Source: Tubiluchus corallicola
Taxonomy: Eukaryota; Animalia; Priapulida
Direction of reading: 5' to 3'
NCBI GenBank assembly: GCA_030141605.1
Contig: JAQGDQ010000251.1
Span: 210,486 to 274,485, forward strand
Length of the DNA stretch: 64,000 bases
A program made the position numbers and the translations under genes. Below, in pieces: positions 1-13,850 of this stretch (the first letter of the stretch is position 1; each line of letters starts with the position of its first letter). The notes under the pieces are model-generated. The model did not search any database. It was given only the letters and a program-made list of their open reading frames with translations, and was not told the origin of the DNA.

Positions 1-400
1 ATCAATGCAGAATGTGTAATTGTACTGACCACAAGAAGAAGTCATTATGTTTTCTGACCGGTTAATAGCCGATGCCAGTATTCCACTACGTCTGCATAGA
101 TACTGACTTTCTTTCTGTGAAAAAAATTGTTTCCACTGTACTTGTAGAATTGTGCAAATCTCCTTGGATAGGTATAGGAAATGTATTTCTCCTGTATCTT
201 TTTGCTAACTATGTTAATGCATCTTTCTACATTCTGTCTTATCTAATATTCTAGTTATGTGTACCGCAGACTCCTGGGTAATGTGGTTTGAAAAATTTAA
301 TCAACAATGTCGAAACATTTAGTGGTAATAGAAACTAAACAAGTTTTGCCATTCAGTATTCATTACTGTTTGACTTCTGCACTAAATGATTGTTCTTCAG

Positions 401-3400
401 CGCCCGAATCACCGCCGGATGTAACAATCACAGAAAGAACTGCTACATCAATGACTGTGTATTTACCACCAGCGTTTTCATCGAAGGGACCAATATCGTA
501 TGTAACAACACTGTTGTTTTATAAATTTAGAACATACATAAAAATGTGATAATTGTGGAATACATCTAAAATGTCTACAAAATGTGTCTCCTTGTATTAC
601 TTTTACAAATAGACTCTTTTAAACAAACTATAATTGTAAATTTTGGATGTCATGGAATTTTTATTCACAATGATTTGCTATTTATAGCTACATCATACAA
701 ATATCCAAAGTATCTATAACCTCTTGTTAAGAAATTATCAGTCTTAATAATGTGTTTACTCTTAGTGGTTTTTATTTCAGTGGCTATCATGTAGTACCAT
801 TTGACCTCTCTTCGCCAGTGAAATTTGATCCAGAGAATCTTGTAGGACATGAGGGTGCTCAAGCTCTCGGCTTGCCGTATTATTTAACAGCAAACTTGAC
901 TCACAGAAAAGCGCAAAGCTTGCATCGTTACTTCACTGTTGGCGATCATAACAATTATGGTGGATATTTTAATGCACCTTTGAACAAAGATAAGAAATAC
1001 ACTGTTATCTTCGGAGTTGTTAGCAGCTTAGATGGGGTAAGGAAATCCGCGAATTTTCAGTTTTCGTATAAGTCATTCAGATGAAGATAAAACGAGAATT
1101 TGATCATGAATGAATGATTATGAAGGTTCATTTAGCTTTAAGATTGTGTATGTTAATCTTGTGAAAAGTTTTGCTTTTTTGGCCTTTTAATAATTACTCA
1201 TTAAATAAATTGGAAGGCCAGTTTTTAAACCTATTTAAACCTAAACTTTTTAAAAGTGATTAGCCTATTTTTATCTGTTTTTAGGATATACAACATTACA
1301 AAAAACAGATTAAAATATTTAAAATTAACTAACTCTTTAGTTATCTGACACAATCTTAGTTTGCACATCTATTGCATACAAGGTAGTACCTGTTTTAGCT
1401 GTTTTTACAATATTTTTGTAGTTGTTTTTCCTTTACAGATTACAAAGTTAGCATATTCTAAATTTAGAACTTTTGTTGGGTCAGAAAATGACGATGGAAT
1501 AAATGTTTTTGAAAGTAAGTAGTAATGTTGCATAGTGATGAGCAATTAATAGATTAATCGAATTAATCCCGATTGCAACCATACTTAAATCGGTATGATC
1601 AGCGATTGAATTGTAATTCAATTAATCAAGAGTAAAATATACGCGTTACACACTGACTAAAAGGCAGTGTTTTAGCACAAATAAACGGAATCTCTGCGTT
1701 TTTTCTTTATTTTTCTCACCTTACATAATGCTTGCCATTGCAAACCACAGTATTACAAAGTGGGTGCTTCAAATTGTTCGTTGGCATGTGACATGTGTAG
1801 TGACGTAGTCTGAAAGTCTCAATATAAATAGTTTGCAAATAAAATAGCAGACAGGGACAAAAGCTGTGAAGAAAAAATTGCCGCAAAAGATTAATTGTGA
1901 TCTCGAATTACAAGAACAAGATTATAATCGAATTACAAAATTTCAAAATTGTTCATCACTAATTATTGCATAAGTGGGCCAAAGCTTTTAAATTGTTCTG
2001 TTATCAGCATTATGGTCACTTAGAGGAAGATTTGCAAAAAAAAATAAAGGAATCTGCATGAAATTGAATCTGTATGAAAAAAGAATGAAGCTTATAATGA
2101 AAAAACAGTTTTACATCTGATGTGTGTGTTGTAATAGGAAGTTAGATTTACTTTTTCAGTAAAAAGAGAAATCCGAAAGTATTATTTCTGAATGTTATAT
2201 TTAATTTTGTTAAAAAGAACTATGTATAGCTGTCCTTATTGAACGTTTTGGCTTTTTGCAACTTCTAATATTTTTTATTGCACCGGATATAGTAATTTAA
2301 AACAGACATCATAAAACTACATAAGTTAGTCTACAATAGTTTAACAAGTATATTAGTCTAAAATAGTTTAACAAGTATATAAACATTAAAAGCGAATTTT
2401 TAACTCTAACTGGCAAGAATAACACGCCTTGAATTAATTAGCTACGTACCTACTGGCATAGAGAGATAGTATTTGCTGTACGTGTCAAGAGATGTTATCT
2501 ACCAGCTTTTGGGTTTCAAAGCTTACATGTATAGGTTTGTTTTGGATTAAAACACTGGTTGGAGCAGATATTATGGTGGAACCCATGAATTGCATATCTT
2601 GTCATGGCATGTCGGTTCTGCCTCTTGGGTTTTTTCATTCATTATGAGTCATTGCTGGTGTATTATAGACTACCAGTTTTCTTTGAATATACCTTATCTT
2701 TGACCTTTTCTAAACATTTGTAGAATTTTTGAGTCTGGGGTACTTTGAAGTATATATAAATTTCAATGCTAAGTCTATCTGCATTACACAGCAAGAATTT
2801 TCGCATTTAAACTTCTTTGGTATTAAACATTTGTGATGTTTTTATTTTATTTAGATGTTGGAATTGCCAATAAGAAATTTGGAAGTGCAAGTGGTGCTTC
2901 AGAAGAACTCGATGCTTCTCAAAGACGACGAGCAAAAATTCTGGGTTCTGTGATAGGGCTGCTGCTGTTTGCTCTTCTGGCAGTTATCATCGTTTACCTC
3001 TTTTTACGATTTTATTGGTTCAAGAAAAAGCGTCGCAGTAGGATCGAACGGCAAGGGTTAACGAATCTTGCAGCACCAGAACTCCCTCCTCGGGTAAGCT
3101 GTTGTTTTCATATAATATGGCGATATCTTGGAAGAGGATGCATTTTGGTAGTGGCAGTTGTTTCTGTTCGTGTCAGGCAAAGCTGTGTTCACACATATAC
3201 TGTCAAATCATGTTAGAACACTACTAAATATGGCATTGTAGCGGAATTGGAGGTAGGGCGTTCATGAAATGTCAAAGCCGTTCTACTGTGTAACATCGAT
3301 TTTGTTTCCTAGTTAATTTTAATATGTGATAAATAGGTGTAGTATATAGCATTATTGTACCTATGTCAATACAACTGTTATACTGCACATTTTGCTGCAT

Positions 3401-6400
3401 TAACACTGCAGGTATAGTTCTACGCTGGTACCTTGCAAAACTTTTACATAATGCAAGGTAGAGGAGCAATCTTGTGAAATACTGGCAATTATTCAACTGT
3501 TGATAAGAAAAATATACAGCCACGCGGTCCACACTCCCAACATAACATTATTGGGCACCGCCGCACATAAGTTAATCTTGTGTCGAACCAGTACAGCTTT
3601 AACGGCCTTTAAATTGTACTGAATCGTAGCTATGCAGTTCTTGTACTAATGCATGCTTCTTGCTCAAAACCTGAACATTCACTTTCATAGAGTCACTTGA
3701 TGCGAAACCTAAATCTTAATTTAAACAACTTTTGATGTTCAGAGATTGTTGTTTTTACAATAGAATGGCTGTTTTTCTACAGCAATTCATTGTGCTCTAT
3801 CTTCATTGATATTATAACAGGGTAAGTTTATTATGTAAAATGGAGTTTTGACACAGCTGATATATTGGTGGATGGCAGTAAGTGAGGTTGGCATTACTTC
3901 TTATATTGTTTAAATTATTGCTGGTTTAAGTGGCTGTACATCTAGCTTAACTAACAATTTTAGTATCTCAGAGACTATCTAATAATGATGACTTCAGCCA
4001 CTATTGACGTTCATTCATTATTGTTTCACTTTTTTTCTTTTGGTCATGTTTGTTGTTAAAATAATTGTGGGTTTATTCCATAATTAAGGTTTGACGATTA
4101 TACAATAAATAATCATTTTGAAATTGAGATTTGTAATAATTAATGGATTGCTTGCGGTCTCTTCTAGCCTCTAAATGTAATTATTGTTGGTTAAACTATT
4201 TTTGACGGCTCTGCTTAGTGAGCTGTTATGATTGATTTAATACTTGCCATAAATAGAAAGGGGCATGCAGCTAGTGATTCTGGTATTCAAATTGCAATCC
4301 AAAGGTCCTTGTTCAAATCCAAACACAGTACCAACCTTTTTTCGCATTTCTTTTTTTGATTAAGTTGGGTTTCAAAATTCATTAAATATGTTTATTCTAT
4401 AGTTAGCCAATAATCTTCAAATCAAGATATAAGTAATTAACTAACTAGTTATGCAATTGTTTAAAATTATTTGGTAATCAATTGGGTACCACATGGTTTC
4501 TATAGAATGAGAATGGTATTTACATCAACGAAGAGTACGTTGATGACAATGGTGAAGTTGACATCAACATTCAACTTTCTGCGTTAAAAGACAAATGCTG
4601 GAAGATTCCGAATGAAAACATGCGATTTGCAAGCAGTGGGGAAGTGCTGGGTGTCGGACGCTTTGGTGATGTTCTCAAAGCAAAAATTGTAACATCGGAT
4701 AGGGGCAAAACAGCAGCACTCGTTCCTTACAGAGGTAAATACAGAGAAAATTTGTGGTGATTTTGATTTTTTTTAGAAATTTTTGAGGGTCATTAAATTT
4801 CAGCAGACTGTCTTCATAAAGAATAATATCTTTATGAAAAATAGCACAATAAAGAAATTATTTTTTTATTAATTGACGTTATTGACAGGTATTATTCCCG
4901 TTGTTAACACTTAGGTGCTATGCATTAGTGACCTTGTGCATGGTGTGAAATCTCAAAACGAAATTTTTTTCTCGAAATGAAGAATGAAAAATTGTTTTTG
5001 AACATTTAAACATTAGTAGTAATTGTCTTAACCTATTACGTCAGCAACTCTTTCTCATCTAAAAGGCTGGATTAGAACCTTCTGGGGTTTCTAGGCTAAT
5101 GAAATTATGATGCCCCTTCAGACAAAGTCAAGGGCCCTTTATCTTAAATAAGTTGCCACTTTTTTTAAATTGTGTTTTTAGACTCTCGGGCCGCCTTTTT
5201 AAAACTTGAAATTTTATTTTAAGTTAAGTGAGTCATTCAGCAATGCAAAATAGTAAAATATTATACTCATTTTTCAGAAAAAATCTTTTTAAAAATCTTT
5301 TAGCAGGGCCCCTCGAAGTTGGGGGGCCCTAGGCTGCAGCCTGTAATTGATTGAAAATTAGTAGCTTAAAAATGTCATGTCCTGAGACTGTTACTTATCA
5401 TACTGAAATATAATTCAGCAGTGTCAAAGTAGCAATCCCATTGTGTCAAAAACTGATTTTTACATTGCAACATTGCAACGATCACATACGCTACACGGTC
5501 ATAAAAATTTTTAACCAAGACCAAGGCAGGCAAATTATTAATTACAAATTGCATCATTTTTTACAGATTTAAATTCTAACCGATAAATTAATCATTAATA
5601 ATTTTTTCAGAAGAAAGAGGTGAAGATTTAAAGAGAGAGTTTGTTGCAGAACTTGATAAAATGATTAGACTGGGGAAGCAGCCTAATGCAGTGTCACTTA
5701 TTGGAATCTCAGAAAGAGAAGGTACAGCATCTCCTTGTACAACTTAATTCATGTGCATAAAATTGGTGACTCTTTTGCATTACGTATAGTCGTGATGATG
5801 ATGATGATTATTACTTCATTTAAAAATATACAGTTTGCAAAGACAAATGGATGTTAATAAAATAAATATTGGGAAGTTAGTAAATAACTTATTTACAATA
5901 ATTCAACTTTGTAATGCCCACTCATTTCTGTACTACTGTAATTGTATTTCAATATATGGTCTTGTAAGAATCTATACCTGGTATCTTAAAACACAATCTT
6001 TAAATGAGTTCTTTACCTTTAACTTTACATTTTCGTTTAGATTTACAGTACAGCCAGTATTTTAATCTTAAATTTACTTGACTGTCATTTACATAGCAGC
6101 CTAGCTTTGGAATTGGTCAACGTTCTAGACTTCGCAATTTTTGTCAAAAATTTTTTTACATCTATCTATTAACTAATTCCCATTTGTGTCCTAAAGATAT
6201 ATTAACAATTTGACCCTATCATTTTGTCTAAAATCGAATATTTTTCTATAAGCAGTGTTTGGTATACTGCCAATTTTGCATCCATATAACAGAATTGGTA
6301 GACAATATGTATTGATATGTATTGATTAGAGTCTTAATTTTTTTTTTGTGATCTGTCATAAATCACATAATTTATTCAGTTACATGATGACTATCACAGC

Positions 6401-9400
6401 AAATTAGATGGATGTTTTACTCAAGTAGTATCTAATCAGTTGACTGGTTGTTTTAGTTAAATTGGATATGAAATCTTGTGTGCGTATATTACAGGTTCTA
6501 TCCATGCTGCCATCGAGCATGTTTCTGGTCCAAATCTCAGAGATGCATTGAGAGCCAGCAGAACAAACACTAAGTCTGGTGGTCGGGTGTCACAGTTCAA
6601 CGAAGAGCAGTTATTCAAACTTGCTGTGGGAATTGCCCATGGCATGCAGTGCCTGTCTCAAAACAGAGTATGAATATTGTCTAGATATTACAGTAATATT
6701 AAAAATTTAAGTGTCATTAACTAGGCTGCACAATTGTCTTAATAGAGAAATAGGTGTAAAAGAACACCAAACTCTAACATTTTGATACATTTGTTCAAGT
6801 GTAATAGTGTTGTTATTTGAGATTTTTTAAATTTTGCGTCCATAGTTACTGAGAATTAATGTGATTCAATGTTGACAGTATGACAAATTGTCTATGTTTT
6901 TGATGTAGGGTTTTATTTCATTTATCATCAATTTGTTACTGTGCTAGAACAGACACAGCAAGACACATCAGAAATTTCAGAATTGTCTACTATTGGTAAG
7001 TATATTGTAAAGAGTCAGTTGCATCTGCATTGAGAGTATTAGTGCAGCATATATGTCTGTATTAAATGCTCACATATATAGTACATGGAAACAGATTTCT
7101 TCTCTTATCAGTTGTATAATTATTGTGGCATACATCAAGGTGTTCATTCCTACATTTATAATTATTATAAACACTTGTTATAAAAGCCGGCACTATCAGT
7201 TTTACGTGAGAGTGGATTCAAAATCCAGGTTTTTATATTTTAACATGATATATTAACAGGAAATTGTTTACCATATATACGTGTGTACAAGTCGACCTTA
7301 TGTACAAGCCAACCATAAAATATTAAGATCTAACAGATTAAATGATGTCAACAATGGCCGAGTAATAAATCAATAGCCTACTGTGTTAGTGTGTAAGGTA
7401 TGTGCAAGTGCCTGGGCCGAGTATATTATACCTACCTATGTGTGTATATATGTATATGTATATTCATGTTGAGGGCCCTCAATGCAATCCATGATAATGC
7501 AGCCTGGCCTTTTATCGCGCATAATTGTTTGTAATGCCTTTAACTCTAGGATATCGCGGCCAGGATATAAGGAAGGATTATTTCTTTACATATTCGTATT
7601 GTAGACAGTTTAGCGACATCTCCCAAAAACATATCGTAAGTATAAGTTGACCCCAAAAATTTCACCTTAAAATCGCTTCCCAAAAATTCGACATGTACAT
7701 AAGTATATACGGTAATTAAAGTATTTTGTGGTATTTTATGCTGTTGTCACTAAGCATTGTAAAATGGTTGAGGACATTTTTGCAAGAACGGAAAGTGGCT
7801 CTAAACAGCTTTAGAAATTCTGTGATTCGTAGACTTGAATTTAAATAGATTTTAATCTATGTTTATTTGATGTTAGTTTATGCATTGGCAGATGACATTA
7901 ATCTTACCAAAATCTTCACTTCTGATGTGTCTTGCTGTGTCATGGTTCAACTCAATTCAGCATATTAATATCGCAAACTGAATCTTAGATAATTTCAGGT
8001 CTCTTATGAAAGCATTAACATGCGAAATGTGTTAGATCATCAAGTAAATGTTTTGAATGGACTCCTTGTTATTAAAAGTTGTTCATAAATTTTTCTTTGC
8101 AATTTCAGATCATACACAAGCAGTTAGCTGCTAAAGTTATTGTGTTAGTAGATGGTAGTATACCCAAGATTACTCAGTTTAGCCTTTCTAAATATAGCAA
8201 TGAACGACAGGTAACTGTAAATATCACACAGCTGTACTTATATACAACTAACAATTGTATTTAAATGCTATTTACTTGAAAGGATATAGTCAAATCCTGG
8301 TAATACGATTTTCAAGAGACTAAAATATTTTTTCATAATAATGGAAGACAGGATGATTTTTCCTATACTGCCCCATTTTCAAGTTTGATAAAAAGTATAC
8401 ATTTTAACACAATTAATATTGCAAAAGTGTTTCTGATAATTAAATAATATATTAAAAACTTAATTAATGGCAGGTGATCCCAACTATTGATGACATCACA
8501 AACGAACATAATTTTCAACTGCAGAAATATTCCACGAGCGTCTTGCACGTGTTTGCAAAAGCGAAAATTGAAGTACTGTGCTACTATAAGATATTCAGTG
8601 TGTTATTCTGAAACTAGGCATGTTTTAAGATAAAAATTCAAATTTCAAATACCGCTGTGCTCACACTTGAGCTGTCAAACGTGTGTAGTTCGTCAGAAAC
8701 TAACACAGCTGAACTGAGAGGTACAGTACCTGTTCTTTTATAATGCCTTTCCGAAATGCAGGTGCTAGTGCCCGTCTAACTAGCGAATGGCAAAATGCAT
8801 GTAACAGCGAAGAACTAGTGCGGCGAATGCGAAATTGTATTTGTGTGGTAATAATTCTTTCACGTAAGTCATTTTTGAAAAAATAGTGTGTTCCCTTTCA
8901 ATATTTTAAAAAGTAGATTGTTTTGACCTATAGTTTAATATTGGGTCCGGTTTTGCTTTAAGCGTGTTTAGTAATATCCATTTCGCACATTGATCTTAAC
9001 TCCTAATATGTTATTTCTAATGTAAAATAGCAATTAACTGATGCTTATAGTCTTTACTTTGGTTTTCTTTTAATCGGTGAACATAATTTAAGCTTGTTTA
9101 GCCTTCAGTTTCCCATAAGTACAAACTACAAAGAACAGTTGCCAGTCAGTCTAGAAGCAAGAGGGTGCCAGAGAGTCTGTCGTTTTTTGCTGCTTTGGCA
9201 TCATAACTCGATAACTGTAAACAGACAGCAGTAACAAATATAAGTAACATATAGCAGGCAAATTTTTATTAGAATAGGTAGCGGAAGTCTTTTTGGAAAT
9301 CACTAATTTAGCTGTGTGCATTTAAACCTATGCAGCTACTGATTTAATCAACAGTAGGCCTAGCTGTGATGCTGTACGTACATGCATTATGTCATGATCG

Positions 9401-11906
9401 CATGATGAGTTGTAAGAAATCAGTTATTAAGCTATGGGTACTGTTGGCAACAAGTGAAGAGTACCTAGACGGGGCGAGTCTTTGAGAAATCAATGTATAA
9501 AATGGGCGTTTCGTGATAAATAGTTTCATATTAACCATAAATGATTACGTAGGTTTTATTATAATTTTGGCAGGAACATAATAAAATCATCGTACAACTG
9601 AGAGTTTCGTTATAAGCTGAATCGTATTTTCGGGATTCAACTGTACTTAGTTAATATCAAATAATATTATGTTGTGTTTTTTAGAAAAATGCTAAGAGCA
9701 TACTTGACTTTCCTGGCATTATTTATTAGGCAGAATTACAATGCCTAAACTTATTTCAGCCATTGATATCAGTTGCATTACTTAATGAAAGGGGAAATTA
9801 CAGTGTCTTTTTGACATAGCGTAATCGTATGTTTCAGATGGGAAGTTTTATGAGATGGCAATCTGTGGAAAGTCTTCGGCCTAAAATTTACACTTCCATG
9901 AGTGATGTTTGGTCATTTGGTGTAGTGTTGTGGGAAATAATGTCATTAGGTTAGTTAAAAAAACATCATGACTAATTATGGTACAGCAGTGTCATAAGTC
10001 CAGCTTTGATTCTAAATACATGAAATTTTTTTTAAAATTTGGTCTTATTACACAGGATATGCCATGTTATCTGTGTGTGTTTTTGCACCAGCACATCAGC
10101 TTGTCGAAATAAACTTTTAATTGTTTTTTTAGACTGATTCCCCTGTAAGTTATGAGTTATCCTATGGGTATAAGCCAACCTCAGTACTTGGTTTTGAAGC
10201 CAAAGTTGTTTAAACGCAAACCATTTTTAAGAAATTGTGGCTGTAATTATACAGAAGTATAATGTTTTGTTGTTAATTCCTAATTATACATCTATCATTT
10301 AAACACTCTTTTTTCGTTTGTTTAGTTTTTCATTACAAAATTCTATGTATCGTAACACTTTGTAGGAGGCACGCCTTATACAGAAACAAGGAGTCAGGAT
10401 TTGGATGAAAAATTGTCAAAAAATACCAGGTTGCCTCGACCTTATGGCTGCTCTGATGATTTGTAAGTACAGTTGTTACTCTCTTATCTCTTTACAATGA
10501 TACAACAGTAAAGTAACCGAACATTTGTAAATTTATATAAAGATACTTTATAAGAGTAAACAACCCTGTTGTAGTTTTACTTCTTACTGCTTTTAGTTTC
10601 TTTCTGATTAAGGCAACCGTGGCCACGCCCTGTTTTGTATCACACCTTTAGAGTAAAACCTTCAAAGTGTTTCGAAAGTAGCATTTTTCTTATCAGTTGG
10701 AGCGTGATATTATATTTCTTATATTATATAGTACTTAATATAAGCATAAAACATTGGCAAATTTTCCTACTGAGTATGAAAAAGTTTATGGTATGATTAT
10801 ATTCATTATCGTGCCCTACCGTATGATTATATTCATTGTTGTGGCCTACCATATTATATTCATTATCATGGCCTACCAATAGCATGACAATTTTTTATAG
10901 CTTTACAATAAAAGTACAGTAATGCAAAAGCATGAATATTGCATTTATACTGAAATTAAAAGTAATTCATTATTCCTAGCATTATTATTGTAAAAAAACA
11001 TTTTACTTCTAGTTCATTTTATATTAACTGTGCATTTTCAAATTTATGTATAAATAAATAAAGAATATAATTATTGATCAGAGCTTGTTAACTAGTTATG
11101 ATATTCATCAAGCTGTCACTGTTTTGCGTACGGCATTATTTTTAGTTGAATGTTGGTAATGATGGTCAAACAAATTTTGTGAGTTTATCACTGAACTGTA
11201 CTAAGCGACAAAAAGACAAAAATGTCAGACTGACCTAATTAGTTCCCAAAAAAATTCTGGTCATTTCCCAAAATTTAATACAGAACCTTTATCGTCGGAC
11301 TACTTCTTTCATTTCAAATATCATCTAACCTTATTAATGTAGTGGTTTTATGTTAACCATGTATATGTCCAGATGTAATGCTGTATTGTACTTTGTGGTG
11401 TAGTCATTCCCTTTATTATTCTATTGTCAGCTGTATAGGCATTGTGTCAAATGTTGTAAACACCTATGTAAAATAAATTTTACTTACTTTGATTGTAGGT
11501 ATCAAATAATGCTTCAATGTTGGGAACTGGATCCAGACAATCGACCGGATTTTGCTGAACTTTATGGAGTTTTACAGACTATGGGCTCTGAAAAAGTGAG
11601 TTACTGATTGCCACTTGTTCATGACTAGATGCTTATTGTAATTTTTATTTAACTGATGCCTTATAAATCCCATCTGTATAAATCTAGTTATGTCTGTTCC
11701 TAATGAATTGCTGACATATCAATGACATTCGTTTCCCATTGTAGTAAGTTAATAAAACTTGATGTGCTCAGTGATTTATCACACGTTTCTTTGCATTGGC
11801 TATAATTTTTTTAATGTTATTTTATGAATTTCAGAATCACTTGACACTAAATTGGCATCAGAAGTTTTACTATCAACCTATTGATGGGACAAAAGATAAC
11901 AACTAA
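401..11906 (+). CDS. Wsck: Wsck-like receptor tyrosine pseudokinase (FN3-like/RPTP-type juxtamembrane domain, TM helix, degenerate TK domain); 5'-partial, 12 exons in window
   Basis: GT-AG exons joined in frame: 401-497, 781-1036, 1439-1514, 2855-3093, 4506-4734, 5611-5721, 6495-6667, 8109-8210, 9838-9949, 10366-10462, 11499-11595, 11835-11906 (TAA). Ectodomain ...[23 protein letters not shown]...LPYYLTANL...[17 protein letters not shown]...[14 protein letters not shown]; [25 protein letters not shown]; kinase [63 protein letters not shown]. The Wsck name comes from my recollection of that family's motifs and architecture, not from a search. Confidence 0.85.
1533..1961. mobile_element. hAT-like MITE (TAGTGATG termini) in Wsck intron
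   Basis: TIRs TAGTGATGAGCAATT / AATTGTTCATCACTA; subterminal ATTAATCG motifs; same family as 17461-17964 in the opposite orientation. Confidence 0.7.
5064..5345. mobile_element. hAT-like MITE fragment with GGGCCC-rich subterminal motifs
   Basis: ggctggatt... start and gggcccctcgaagttggggggccctaggctgcagcc; related sequence at 25871-26227 and 31508-32122. Confidence 0.45.
6100..6350 (-). mobile_element. Decayed LINE RT-thumb fragment
   Basis: Minus strand reads [14 protein letters not shown], resembling the LINE 'xPILLYGxExW' motif. Confidence 0.45.
7270..7714. mobile_element. Tc1/mariner-pogo (Tc2-like) MITE
   Basis: Left TACCATATATACGTGTGTACAAGTCGA and right TCGACATGTACATAAGTATATACGGTA form imperfect TIRs with TA ends. 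Confidence 0.65.
8285..9647. mobile_element. Degenerate Tigger/pogo-like non-autonomous element
   Basis: Left tatagtcaaatcctg vs right cgggattcaactgta (imperfect TIR), with cgttataa subterminal motifs. Confidence 0.35.
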
Positions 11907-12058
11907 CCAACAAAGTTGCCTAAAAGTTAACATTTGCCATTATTAGCATTCCCCAATATTGTACAATTATTCTTTGTTAATTTTTTAAAGTAGTGTGTTT
12001 TTGCCAAGGCAAAACGTCCATTTGTTTCTCTCAATTGTGATTTCTTCTTTACAGAGCA

Positions 12059-12247
12059 CAGTCAAACCTCATTATAACGCTCCTCCTTTATAATGCTAGC
12101 CTCGCTGAATGCCTTAATTTTTAACAAAACAAAATGTCTATATTTACATAGACATATGTATTAATGTGCCTCGTTATAATGCCGAACTCGTTACAATGCT
12201 AACTTTTTTTGTAGTCCCAAAGTAGGCAGTATAAAGAGGTTTGACTG
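12059..12247. mobile_element. Tigger/pogo-like MITE in predicted Wsck 3' UTR
   Basis: Perfect 12-bp TIRs CAGTCAAACCTC / GAGGTTTGACTG followed by TA; internal cgttataa-like repeats. Confidence 0.75.
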
Positions 12248-13850
12248 TATGCACATTTGAAAATGGATACATGTATTTCTACTTTCTAATAATCTAATTT
12301 TCGATATTTTGCTTTAGTGTTTTTAAACACTTATGTATTTTAATTCCATTTTGTGCAATGAGACAAATGTTTTGCATGTTCTAAGACTTGTTTGTTAGGA
12401 AACATATTACGTTGTTATTTGTCAATTGTTTAAAATACATGGCAATTACACTTTCAACTGCATTCCTTTCATATTGCTCAATAATATTGATATTACAATT
12501 ACTAAAAGTTTATAGTGTGTGGCTTTTAATTAAATATATGCTATTTTGGTATTCGTGTCTTGCACTGATCATTCCTACTTTTCACATTAATTGTACTAAT
12601 TATGATGTACTTTGTAGTAATGTTTGTGTTATAGTTATGGGTATATCACTTTTAACTAAAAATTAAATTACTCAGGGTTTTTTGATGGGTTTAGAATCTC
12701 TCTTATATCGATCTGTCATTTTTGTACACTTATTTCATGTTGCTCTTTATTGCATCATCATTACCTGAAATTATTAATTTATTTGGGGTTTCCATTTATT
12801 AATGCTTTATTTTTTAATATTATTTGTTTCACAAGGATTAAATGGTTGTAACAGTTTTAGTATGACATTATATTGTCGTACTCTGTTGTAATAATGTGTT
12901 CTAGTATGTAATATTCTAGTACAAATGTGCTGTAGTGTAGACGAGTATTTTTATGTGAATCATGAAAATGGAATATTTAAATATTTAATTGTTTATTTTA
13001 TACTAGGTAGCTGGTATACTAGGTAGTTGATGCATTAAAGACACTCATGTTTTAATGATGGAACGTTCGTGTTCCTCTTTACTGGCAGCTATTTTTTATT
13101 TTTATAGGCACTTTGGCTAATAACTTTGTCGTATTTTGTTAAAAATTTCGTATTAAAACTTGTTCACGTAATAGTATTTAAACATCTTATGAATTCAACT
13201 TCTGAATTAAAATTAATAAAGTTTATGTAAAGTGAGGATTCACTTTTGCAGTAGCTTGAATAAACTGTGTAAGTAACCAAAATGAAATTGTTTGTGTATT
13301 GTTTATGCTTTTTATGTGTGAGGTCACTGAGGTGGCTTTAAGATAATTGAGGCAGTAGCTGTAGTTACTGCTATTAGTGAACTGTGTGATTAGCAGTAAA
13401 GAAAATTCTGTCTAAACTCGTAATACGTAATTATCGGGGATATGCTGCAAAAATCATTATTATGATATTACATGGCTTGGCAGACGTCGTGCCTTGTAAA
13501 ATGCTCATGTTAGTGTGTATTTCGTATTACTGAACAGTACCGAGCATTGCAGGCTTGGCAAAATGGGTAAACTCTCCTTGTGTAGCAGAGTTACCTGCTT
13601 TGCTTTGCTGTCATTCCCGTAGCCCTTTGATAGGCGCTTATTAATCGAAAATATTGAATTTGAAAATGGATGCCTATTGTAGACATTGGGCAGGCAGAAT
13701 TCTAAAATAAAAGAAATCTGCCTTAGTCAGGTAAACGCAGCAGTAATCCAGCAACAAACTAGACACTGCTACGCCTGGTGGCTGGATAACTATAGTACCG
13801 TTACAAAGAGTGGGAATCGAATTGAATTGAGGTTCAACAGTAGCTGTAAA

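Noticed and set aside
401-11906. Kinase gene as a pseudogene
   Set aside because: All 12 exons keep frame with canonical splice sites and no premature stops.
12388-12666. Hydrophobic 92-aa ORF
   Set aside because: T-rich 3' UTR sequence with a non-ATG start.
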